From sequence record DRR723986_9330: 58,511 nt of DNA, one strand, 5' to 3'. Positions within the stretch are counted from its first letter, which is position 1; the number at the start of each line of letters is the position of its first letter. Below, piece after piece: positions 38,409 to 46,911 of this stretch. Below the pieces are notes generated by a model. The model did no database searches. It was given only the letters and a program-made list of their open reading frames with translations, and was not told the DNA's origin. The position numbers and the translations under genes were made by a program.

Positions 38409-40325
38409 TTATTTTTTCTTTTTCATCTTCGTTTTAGATACGAGGATATATCCAAGGTTGAGATTCAAATTGAAATAGTTTTTCACCAAAAAATTGTCGA
38501 CTTTGTTCAGGGAGAATTCACCAGATAGTCCGAATAAAAACCTGTTTAATTCTAGTTCTGCGCCTGCATTAATGGTTACATAGGCTGAAGTTCTTCCGAC
38601 ATCATAATCTCTAAGTTCGTGCTTTCCTGCGCCGTTATATCTTGCCAACAATTGCTGTGGAGTTAATATAGTATTGATGGGCTCTGCGAACTCTGAATAG
38701 AATGATTGATCAATGTTGTTGATTTTGTCGGGAGAATAGGTTCCGTGAAATTGATAATCTCTCACCGTTTTGTAAATGTCATTTCCAGATCCATTTATTC
38801 CAAATTCTTGCCCAGTTTCAGATCCTGACAACAAACTAAAGGAATTGATTCCTCCACCAGCGTACAATCTAAAGTCAACCGAAGGTTTTCTTACAAGGGT
38901 GTAATATATATTACCCCCAAAGTAGAGTGGGGCAGCAGCTGTTCTAAATACTGCATAATTAATATGAGTTCTAGATGAATCAAACTCGGTGTCATTATAA
39001 ATTGTTTCGGCTGAGAATTCCTGAACCTTAATGTCCATAGTGACTTTGCTAAAAGCAGTAACAATCTCAAAATCTAAGCGTTCAACAATATTGAATCTAA
39101 ATCCAAACTCGAACTTTGGTATCCAACTTACTCGATCGATTTCCCCAAAACTTAGGACTTCCCAGCTACTATTTAAATCGCCGCTCCCTGGGTCAGGACT
39201 GTCTTTGATGGTAAGAAATGAAAATTCACTATTGTTTGACATACGGCTCATGATTGGTGACTTTACATTGATGCCTAGACTCCATTTACGATTTTTATTA
39301 ATACTCGTAGCCAATGACTGGAATTCTTCACCATAAATTTCTTCAGTATTATTCACTGTTTTAAAATCATGTGAAAAAAGATCTACACCTACTGAGATGT
39401 TCCAAGTTCTAAACCCAGCACCTGCGCTACGGTAATCAAAAATCTGGCTTTGATCTCTGAAGTTAGTACTTAGGTTGAACGAGTATTCAGCTGTTGCCGC
39501 TATGTGATAACGATAAATATCGAATCCAAAACCGATTCCAATACCCATGGTATTGTTTGAAAAACTTGGTGTTTCTTCGCTGATGGTGCTGAAATCTCTT
39601 CTTGTCAAGACTTGTCCAAAGTAGTTGTCTTGAATGTCAAAATGTTTTCGTCTGAATGAATTGATCGTTGTTCTGTAATGTAATCCGAGGCAAACGAAAG
39701 GATGAACCCGTTTGTGCTTTAAAAACTTTCTACCAAACCAAAAATTGATGGATCTGAATTTCAACTCTTCAATGAGTTCTGCATCTGCTTGGCTATAGGC
39801 GTCATTTTGAACTTGATTATCAAACCAAGTAATGTAGGCCGTGGTATCATTATAACTAGATCCTGGTTCTCCATTTACTTGTTGGCCGTTAAATGTGCCA
39901 CCGTAATTCGATTGATAATCTTCAAAACTTCCATATTGGTCAAAGTAGTAATCTGCATCTCTGAAAATCCCTCCTCTATAAGACATGGTATGCTTACCTC
40001 CACTAATTTTCAAATCAAAAAAGAAATTATTTTTCGTAGTATACCTCATGTATACAGGGATCTCAAAATTATTGAGCATTTTCACCTCATTGAATCGAAC
40101 ATATACAGGGTCGTTGTTCTCATCATAAAAACCGAAGTTGAATTTGGGTAATTCAAAAGATCCCAGTTCAAGACTTTCATGTCCTGGTTGTGAGATTTCT
40201 CCATCCTGATCTAGCCGATTTGACAGTTTGTTGCTGTTCATTCTAAATTCTATCCCAAAATCTATTTCTTGAGCAAAACTAAATTGTCCAGCAAGGATGA
40301 AAATGAAAAGAGTGGTCCACTTCAT
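38409..40325 (-). CDS. Putative outer-membrane beta-barrel protein, apparently two tandem barrel modules
   Basis: Signal peptide from ATG 40325; amphipathic strands; two barrel-end-like segments WNISVGVDLF and LNLNLGYIL. Confidence 0.6.
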   Translation of the reverse strand: MKWTTLFIFILAGQFSFAQEIDFGIEFRMNSNKLSNRLDQDGEISQPGHESLELGSFELPKFNFGFYDENNDPVYVRFNEVKMLNNFEIPVYMRYTTKNNFFFDLKISGGKHTMSYRGGIFRDADYYFDQYGSFEDYQSNYGGTFNGQQVNGEPGSSYNDTTAYITWFDNQVQNDAYSQADAELIEELKFRSINFWFGRKFLKHKRVHPFVCLGLHYRTTINSFRRKHFDIQDNYFGQVLTRRDFSTISEETPSFSNNTMGIGIGFGFDIYRYHIAATAEYSFNLSTNFRDQSQIFDYRSAGAGFRTWNISVGVDLFSHDFKTVNNTEEIYGEEFQSLATSINKNRKWSLGINVKSPIMSRMSNNSEFSFLTIKDSPDPGSGDLNSSWEVLSFGEIDRVSWIPKFEFGFRFNIVERLDFEIVTAFSKVTMDIKVQEFSAETIYNDTEFDSSRTHINYAVFRTAAAPLYFGGNIYYTLVRKPSVDFRLYAGGGINSFSLLSGSETGQEFGINGSGNDIYKTVRDYQFHGTYSPDKINNIDQSFYSEFAEPINTILTPQQLLARYNGAGKHELRDYDVGRTSAYVTINAGAELELNRFLFGLSGEFSLNKVDNFLVKNYFNLNLNLGYILVSKTKMKKKK

Positions 40326-40326
40326 A

Positions 40327-43287
40327 TTATTGAATTCTAAAATCATTATTCAGGTTTTCAACTCTTGATGTTGGAGTTTGTCTTCCTTTAGTGATTCGGT
40401 TAACATTTACAATTAAATATTGATGCAATTCTGAGATCATGATGCGCTTGTCCTGATTCAAATCAGCTTCGCCGGTTTTTAAGCCTCTCAGCAGCGAGTA
40501 GGTAAACACGCCGTTGCTCCATTCTTCTCCTTCCATAGCAAATTCACCACCTCCAGCACTTGAAATTACAATTGATCCATTACTTTCTCTGATATCGGCA
40601 AATGCCATTTTAGATAATTCGAAAGAGTTAACATCATTTACATTTTTTACTGTATTTCCCACGGCTCTGAAAACTAAGTCGGCATCAGAAGTAGTTGTTG
40701 CTGTGGTGTCTACTACAACTTCTGTTTTATCAATTTCTCCAGAATGACAAGCGTCAATGAACATGAGTTTTTTAAGGCACTTTGTGTTATCTAATAAATC
40801 GTCAAAAAAGTCAATTGGTATTCCTTTGTTTTCAGGATGATTAAAATCCATGTCGTGGCTTGCGATATAATAATTTAAGTCTGCATCCAGCACCCCATGG
40901 CCCGCAATAAATAACAATATCACATCATTTTCATTGACATTTTTCACGAAGGATTTTAGTTCTTTTACATTATTTTTTGTGACCTGTTCATTCACCATCT
41001 TCTTCACAAAAACCTGATCAAATTCATCCGATTTAGAAAAATATTTGACGATATCATTGGCATCTTTTTCAGCAAAATTGAGGTCAAATGCTGATTGCTG
41101 ATATTTCGAACATCCTAACGAAATGATATGTAGATTGGAGGCGACATTTTCTTGATTGGAAACTACTTTAAAACTCTTTTTAAATGAAGAGATACCTAAA
41201 TCATTTGTAACATAGGCCTGAATTAAATTTTTTCCCGGGTTAATTTTGATGAGTTGATCGTGTTCAAAATAATTGGAATCAATTGGCATTCCTTCACGCG
41301 TGAAAATAGGAACACCGTTAACGAGAATATGAAGCGATTTTAATTCAACTTTTTCGTCAGTTGCTTTAATGCTAATGTTGACGTCCCCGTAATTAGTGCT
41401 GGTACCAGTTTTGTTTTCAACTTCTATAGAAGGTAGGTCTGTTGTGATCTTTAATTCAGATTCGTTCAGCCCAAGTTTTGCAAGACGTTTCTTGTAGGCT
41501 TTCTGATAATTTAAAACGGTCTCTTCAGTAATAAAAGGGAGTTGGTTAAATACTAAATCAGGACGATTGTATACCAAATCGAATTGATCAAACGAAAAAA
41601 GTTGACTGCCAATTGCAAATCCAATATTGTCCAGAGCTCCCTTTGAAGCATAATAGTAGTTGTCGGGTCTTAAATAAACAAAGTCATTGGCACCAAAAGC
41701 ACCGAAAGTTGATAATAACTTCCCGTTTTCGAGACTCCATAATTTTATCATCCCATCCCAACTAGAAGTGGCGACAAAACCGTATTTCTCATTAATGGCA
41801 ATTGAAGTGACATGATCCGTATGGTCAAGCACTATACTGAACTCTTCTTCACTTTTTTTATTTTTTATACTCAATTTTGAGTCGGTTGCTTTAACGAAGA
41901 AATGCTCCGAGTTTTCAGATAAATGGCCGTTGTTCAAAAAGTATGTTTTGGGTAAAATATGATCTTGTCTTAAAGATTTTTCATATTTCCCTACCTTGCC
42001 GGATTGATCCCCCACTTCATTTAATACTACAGTATTTAGCTGAGTATTCCAATTCAATTCTATTGGTTTTACATAATCAAATGCTCCCGCATAAGTAATT
42101 GATTGACGTAATAAGTAAAGTTCAAATTCCGCATTATTTTCATTTACCTTTTTTATCGAGGTCAGCAAGTATTCCCAGCCATTTTGAATTTGATGTTGGC
42201 CTAATTTTGCTCTGTTTGATACTGAGGTGTTAGTAATGAGGTTCGTTCTTCTGATAAACCCATTAGAAAATCCGATCACTATTTCATCTTGGTCTGCTGA
42301 AAAGGTGATATCGTTTATTCTGTATATACTGGCCTGAAAACTCTGAATGAGTTCATGTCTTTTTAAATCCCATTCTATGATTCGTTTATCACTTCCACCA
42401 GTCATCATTCGGTCTCCGTCCTTATTCACTACAATTGATTTAACTGCGCCTAAATGTGCTTTCAAAGTGATGACTTTTGAATAACTGTGCCTGTTATAAA
42501 CTACCACTTCGCCTTTATCTGTTCCGCCAATTAAATATGTACTACTTAAACTTACAGAATTGAAACTGTTCCATTCGCTTTTATTACTTACCCCTTCAGT
42601 TTTATTTTGGTCGATATTGTACCTTATGATTCCGCCATTCGTTGTACTGACAAAAATATTTTCTTCTTTTTCATCAAATATGATGGATGTAGCAGAAGCC
42701 TTGAAGTGTCCTATGATGGCCTGAGTTTTAAGATTTACGACTTGTGTATTTTCGTCATGAATTCCACCTATAGCGATTTTACCTCCATTATTGGTGAAGG
42801 CTATAGAAGTAAATCGTTTGTTACTAAACACTGCAAGTTTATTCAGGTTTTTGGATTCAATTTGATAGGTACTTAAGTGCTGACTGCCCAAAGCTAATAC
42901 GCTTCCGCTCTCATTCATAGCCATGCAACTGATGGGGAAATTAAATTTTTGTTGGTCTATTATAGCACCAGAGGCGATATCCCAAATTATCAATGAACTG
43001 TCCAGAGAAGTAGAATATAGAATTTCCTTTTCTGGATGAAATGCGATTCCAGTTATTGGTTCTGAATGTCCATTTAAACTGATGTATTGTTTACTTGATT
43101 CTAAATGCCATAAGGCGATATTGTTATCCGCTGAACCACTTGCCAAGAGCGTTTCGTCTTGATTATAAGTCAAAAAGTTAATCTCAGCCGAATGCCCAGT
43201 TTGAACTGAAAGTCTTACATCTTGGCCAGTAGACACTGTAGAGATGAACAAAAGTAGAATCCAACAATTTTGAAATAGGGTTTTCAA
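40327..43287 (-). CDS. Exported WD40-repeat protein with C-terminal caspase (peptidase C14) domain
   Basis: Signal peptide; WD40 repeats (GH..I..L..LASGSADNNIALW; H...V.S....SSWDGMIKLW); Ig-like linker; catalytic dyad FIAGHG and FIDACHSG; NGVFTY, QTP. Confidence 0.9.
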   Translation of the reverse strand: MKTLFQNCWILLLFISTVSTGQDVRLSVQTGHSAEINFLTYNQDETLLASGSADNNIALWHLESSKQYISLNGHSEPITGIAFHPEKEILYSTSLDSSLIIWDIASGAIIDQQKFNFPISCMAMNESGSVLALGSQHLSTYQIESKNLNKLAVFSNKRFTSIAFTNNGGKIAIGGIHDENTQVVNLKTQAIIGHFKASATSIIFDEKEENIFVSTTNGGIIRYNIDQNKTEGVSNKSEWNSFNSVSLSSTYLIGGTDKGEVVVYNRHSYSKVITLKAHLGAVKSIVVNKDGDRMMTGGSDKRIIEWDLKRHELIQSFQASIYRINDITFSADQDEIVIGFSNGFIRRTNLITNTSVSNRAKLGQHQIQNGWEYLLTSIKKVNENNAEFELYLLRQSITYAGAFDYVKPIELNWNTQLNTVVLNEVGDQSGKVGKYEKSLRQDHILPKTYFLNNGHLSENSEHFFVKATDSKLSIKNKKSEEEFSIVLDHTDHVTSIAINEKYGFVATSSWDGMIKLWSLENGKLLSTFGAFGANDFVYLRPDNYYYASKGALDNIGFAIGSQLFSFDQFDLVYNRPDLVFNQLPFITEETVLNYQKAYKKRLAKLGLNESELKITTDLPSIEVENKTGTSTNYGDVNISIKATDEKVELKSLHILVNGVPIFTREGMPIDSNYFEHDQLIKINPGKNLIQAYVTNDLGISSFKKSFKVVSNQENVASNLHIISLGCSKYQQSAFDLNFAEKDANDIVKYFSKSDEFDQVFVKKMVNEQVTKNNVKELKSFVKNVNENDVILLFIAGHGVLDADLNYYIASHDMDFNHPENKGIPIDFFDDLLDNTKCLKKLMFIDACHSGEIDKTEVVVDTTATTTSDADLVFRAVGNTVKNVNDVNSFELSKMAFADIRESNGSIVISSAGGGEFAMEGEEWSNGVFTYSLLRGLKTGEADLNQDKRIMISELHQYLIVNVNRITKGRQTPTSRVENLNNDFRIQ

Positions 43288-43654
43288 GGGCTAGTTTTTA
43301 TCGAAGATAATTATTCTATTCTATTTGGTGTTGTCTAAATCGATTTACTTGACTTTTGAAACAGATGCGATTACGAAAAAAGCCAGCAAGATTAGGTTTG
43401 AAATATATGTTTAGTTGAAATATTATTTTTTTTTGGATTAATTTTTACAATTCATGGAGTTGATATTGTCAATAAAATCAATGCTAATATTGTTTTTAAA
43501 TGTTTTCATACGTAAAATAAACGTAAACAAACGGATAAACAACGATTAAAAAAATCAACTCTCCATTACTTTGCCCTGTCGAAACGATCGGCGAACAAAT
43601 AATTTACAAACTGGCGAGCCATTAAAAAAGAAGGTGAGCACAAAAACACACATT

Positions 43655-44005
43655 ATGAACAATTTAAGAAACAAAGTACAATTGATCGGAAACTTAGGTC
43701 TTGCACCTGAAATCGTTTCATTCGAGAACGGAAACAAATTGGCGAAAATAAGATTAGCTACCAATGAGTTTTATAAAAACGCGAAAGGCGAAAAAGTAAA
43801 AGAGACACAGTGGCATTCATTAATTGCATGGGGCAAACAAGCAGATATATTTGAAAAGTACATTAAAAAGGGGCAAGAAATTGCGGTTGAAGGCAAGTTG
43901 GTGACACGTTCGTACGAGACAAAAGAAGGCGAGAAAAGATACAGAACAGAAATTCAGGTTTCTGAATTGTTAATGCTTGGCGCTAAAGAAGAAGTTGAGG
44001 GGTAG
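43655..44005 (+). CDS. ssb: Single-stranded DNA-binding protein, short form (copy 1)
   Basis: NKVQLIGNLG, LATNE, TQWH..AWG, KGQEIAVEGKL..RSY, TEI; ATG 43655; no acidic DDLPF tail. Confidence 0.92.
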   Translation: MNNLRNKVQLIGNLGLAPEIVSFENGNKLAKIRLATNEFYKNAKGEKVKETQWHSLIAWGKQADIFEKYIKKGQEIAVEGKLVTRSYETKEGEKRYRTEIQVSELLMLGAKEEVEG

Positions 44006-44022
44006 GATGTTCATTCCGGAAA

Positions 44023-44053
44023 TCGATTTTCGTTCTCCGATTTTCGATTTTCG
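44023..44053 (+). repeat. Left arm: tandem CGATTTT heptamers
   Basis: T-CGATTTT-CGTTCTC-CGATTTT-CGATTTT-CG. Confidence 0.9.
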
Positions 44054-44070
44054 GAATTTATTTTGAAGTT

Positions 44071-44433
44071 ATGAACGACTATAAAACACTTGATGTGTGG
44101 TCTCAAGGTATGAAAGTTTCAAGAATGATTTATAAAAACACGCGATTGTTTCCTAAAGAAGAACGGTTTGGTTTGACCAATCAAATTAGGAGGGCAAGCA
44201 TTTCGGTAGTGTCTAACATTGCTGAGGGTTGTGGAAGAAGACATAAAAATGACCGACTGCAATTCTTTTATATCTCAAGAGGTTCGCTATATGAGTTGGA
44301 ATGTCAACTATATATCGCAAAAGACTTGGGATACATTGGAGAATCTGCCTTCGAACTTACGAAACTCAATATTCAGAAGGCCAAAATGATCCTAAACGGA
44401 TTTATAAAACACAATAGAAATTTAAATTATTAA
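44071..44433 (+). CDS. Four helix bundle protein (23S rRNA IVS-protein family, Avd-like)
   Basis: L.VW, FPKEERFGLTNQIRRASISVVSNIAEG, F..ISRGSLYELECQL. Confidence 0.93.
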   Translation: MNDYKTLDVWSQGMKVSRMIYKNTRLFPKEERFGLTNQIRRASISVVSNIAEGCGRRHKNDRLQFFYISRGSLYELECQLYIAKDLGYIGESAFELTKLNIQKAKMILNGFIKHNRNLNY

Positions 44434-44444
44434 TACAACTTAAT

Positions 44445-44475
44445 CGAAAATCGAAAATCGAATAACGAAAATCGA
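44445..44475 (+). repeat. Right arm: tandem AAAATCG heptamers, reverse complement of the left arm
   Basis: CG-AAAATCG-AAAATCG-AATAACG-AAAATCG-A; pairs with 44023-44053 at 29 of 31 positions. Confidence 0.9.
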
Positions 44476-44491
44476 AACAAAAACAAACATT

Positions 44492-44941
44492 ATGAACAAA
44501 TTACAAAACACAATCAATTTAATCGGTAGAGCAGGAATCACACCAGTAATTAGAACTTTTGAAAATGGCGTAAAACTGGCTAAGTTTTCATTAGCAACCA
44601 ACGAAATCGTAACTGAAGTAAACGGTAAAAAGAATGAAACGCAGTGGCATAACATTGTAGCATGGGGTAAAAAGGCCGAGCTGATCGAAAAGTTTGTAAA
44701 GAAGGGGCAACTAATGGCGGTAGACGGTAAACTGGTTAACAGGTCGTTTATGGCGAATGATGGCTCAAGACGAAAAATGACGGAAATTCAAGTCAACGAA
44801 ATACTATTAATCAATGCCAATAAAAAAGGAGATACTCCAACTCCGTCTCCGGCTCAAATCAAGGAGATGAAAAAAGGCCAAATCAAACAATTAAACGCTA
44901 AAAATAGCGAGCTGAATAAGCAGCAGAAAAAGGCGAGTTAA
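44492..44941 (+). CDS. ssb: Single-stranded DNA-binding protein (copy 2) with basic C-terminal tail
   Basis: LIGRAG, FSLATNE, TQWHNIVAWG, KGQLMAVDGKL; tail rich in K/Q. Confidence 0.88.
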   Translation: MNKLQNTINLIGRAGITPVIRTFENGVKLAKFSLATNEIVTEVNGKKNETQWHNIVAWGKKAELIEKFVKKGQLMAVDGKLVNRSFMANDGSRRKMTEIQVNEILLINANKKGDTPTPSPAQIKEMKKGQIKQLNAKNSELNKQQKKAS

Positions 44942-44966
44942 GATAGAACAAGTAAAGCGGTTCTGG

Positions 44967-45023
44967 AAGCCGGTGCAAATAAGTAATTTGGTAGAAGATC
45001 ACTTATTTCACCGGCTTTTTTTT
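44967..45023 (+). terminator. Intrinsic terminator after ssb copy 2
   Basis: AAGCCGGTG(C)AAATAAGT ... ACTTATTTCACCGGCTT running into a T tract. Confidence 0.8.
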
Positions 45024-45038
45024 GATATGACAACCTAC

Positions 45039-45074
45039 AAAAAAGGGTGCCACGATCGTTATCGCGGCACCCTT
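45039..45074 (-). terminator. Intrinsic terminator of the DUF4397/T9SS gene
   Basis: Minus strand AAGGGTGCCGCGAT-AACG-ATCGTGGCACCC-T6. Confidence 0.8.
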
Positions 45075-45106
45075 CATGTTAACCTACTCTATGAAAAAAT
45101 CGATTA

Positions 45107-46783
45107 CTACTTTACTGTATGCTTTAGTTGATTAACATTATTATCAAATGAAACTGTAATAATATACGTTCCACTTTCTAAGTCACTAGTTGAAATTACT
45201 TGTCCATTGTTTATCGTTCTTCTTTCTAAAATCTTTCCAGATAAATCTGTTACGGTCATTTCTGATCCATCTTCAATTCCATTTATTTGAAAGTTTCCTT
45301 CAGAAGGATTAGGAAATACAGCCAATTCTGAGTTGTATTCTTTTACACTCGCAAATGCTGTTGGTAACTCAACCATTGCTCCGCCTCCTGGAACTGCTGC
45401 CCACAATCCGAAAGAAGCTCCGTTAGCATTCATTGAAGGATCTACAAATCCACTTGCGACTACTACAATGGCAGAATTGGTTAAAGATAGCCCAGCTAGT
45501 GGTGCTGAATAAGAGAAAAGAATGCTTGAGCCTCCTTGATCCCTCACTTCAATGATATAATCATTGTTAATTAGTTCTAAATAGCCAGCAAAATCTCCAT
45601 AAGAAGCATCATCAACAAGATTACCCGCTGAGGCCTCATTAATATCTACGGTCGGAGCGTCTGTTGACCCATGAAAAACAAGGACGTCAGTGTTTCCAGT
45701 TACGTTAGAGGTTTCTTGTCCCATGTCAAAAACATCTAGAGAGAAGGCTGGTGCAGGCGTGTATCCTGCCGGACTCAAAATACCATTAGCGATTGCTACA
45801 TAAGTTTCGCCTGTTTCTAAAGTTACAGGGACAGTCGCAACACTTTGAGCTACACTTGTACTAGTGCCAGGTGCAATATCAATTGTATTTTCAACTTCGG
45901 CATCAATATCGATATAGCTAGACGCCGTTCTAAAATTAAAATCATCAATCAATAAGTCACCATTTAAATATACATCAACAGTTGCAGCCAAAGCATCTGC
46001 AGAGTTGTGAATTACTTGTATTCTTGCCTCTGATTTTGGAAGTTCTACTAAGTCTCCTCCAGCAGGAAGAGCAACCCATAGTCCAAATTCTTCCCCATTA
46101 CTATTATTTGAAGGATCAAGAAATCCGCTAGCTACAACAACTACTGCTTCGTCATCAAGACTTAAAGTTGATAAAGGAGCTTCATAACTTCTAACTACTG
46201 TCATACCTGAAGCGTCTGTTACGTTCAAAACGTAATCGTCTGTTGGTAAATTCAAGTATCCCGCGAAATCACCATAACTGGCATCATTTACCAAAGGTGT
46301 CATTGAGCCTGGAGTAGCTACATCTACCATTGGTGCGTCTGTTGACCCGTGAAAAACAAGAACGTCTGTATTTCCAGTTGTAGTCGCTGCTTCTTGACCC
46401 AAAGCAAATACATCTACTGAAACTGGTGGGGCCGGAGAGTAACCAGATGAACTCAGGATTCCGTTGGCGATTGCAACATATGTTTCTCCATCAACAACTG
46501 TTAAAGGAAAAAAGGCCAGGGATTGAGATGACATTGTTGAATTCGAAGGCGCAATACCTATTTGAACTGTTCCGGGAGCAACATCCACAAATGGAGAGGC
46601 CGTTCTGAATTCGAAATCGTCAAGTAACAGTGTAGTTCCCGCCCAAACATCAACAGTTTGTGTAGCTGCGTCAGGAGAATTATGAATGATTTGCACTCTT
46701 GCTTGTGCGTTTGCTGCACCCGATACAGCTAAAATGGCTGCCGTAAGTGCTAGATTTTTAAAAGTGTAATTGTTAAATTTCAT
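45107..46783 (-). CDS. Tandem DUF4397-like domain protein with T9SS type A C-terminal sorting domain
   Basis: Two ~225-aa repeats (AR.Q.IHNS.DA...VDV; VLVFHGSTDAP.VD); CTD VFPNPS..DLSGK..LESGTYII. Confidence 0.88.
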   Translation of the reverse strand: MKFNNYTFKNLALTAAILAVSGAANAQARVQIIHNSPDAATQTVDVWAGTTLLLDDFEFRTASPFVDVAPGTVQIGIAPSNSTMSSQSLAFFPLTVVDGETYVAIANGILSSSGYSPAPPVSVDVFALGQEAATTTGNTDVLVFHGSTDAPMVDVATPGSMTPLVNDASYGDFAGYLNLPTDDYVLNVTDASGMTVVRSYEAPLSTLSLDDEAVVVVASGFLDPSNNSNGEEFGLWVALPAGGDLVELPKSEARIQVIHNSADALAATVDVYLNGDLLIDDFNFRTASSYIDIDAEVENTIDIAPGTSTSVAQSVATVPVTLETGETYVAIANGILSPAGYTPAPAFSLDVFDMGQETSNVTGNTDVLVFHGSTDAPTVDINEASAGNLVDDASYGDFAGYLELINNDYIIEVRDQGGSSILFSYSAPLAGLSLTNSAIVVVASGFVDPSMNANGASFGLWAAVPGGGAMVELPTAFASVKEYNSELAVFPNPSEGNFQINGIEDGSEMTVTDLSGKILERRTINNGQVISTSDLESGTYIITVSFDNNVNQLKHTVK

Positions 46784-46911
46784 TGTCTTTAAATTAAGTG
46801 TTCAAACATATAACCAACACTTAACCATATTGTTTAATGTTTTTTAAAAAAGATTAAACAATAAATTTTAAAAACCTAGAAATCAAATAGTTAAATATTT
46901 AAAAAATTTAA

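Noticed and set aside
43571-43654. 28-aa N-terminal extension of ssb copy 1
   Set aside because: The TTG is part of the probable -7 element, and ATG 43655 aligns with the start of copy 2.
44071-44433. Diversity-generating retroelement suggested by the Avd-like protein
   Set aside because: No reverse transcriptase in the window and no template/variable repeat pair differing only at adenines was seen.
44023-44475. CRISPR array or IS terminal inverted repeats
   Set aside because: The repeats are 7-nt tandem units without spacers, there are no cas genes, the enclosed ORF has no transposase motif, and no clear target-site duplication flanks the arms.
45107-46783. DNA-level direct repeats (e.g. 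45657-45688 versus 46335-46366) as a recombination cassette
   Set aside because: They are explained by the internal duplication of the DUF4397-like domain pair within one intact ORF.
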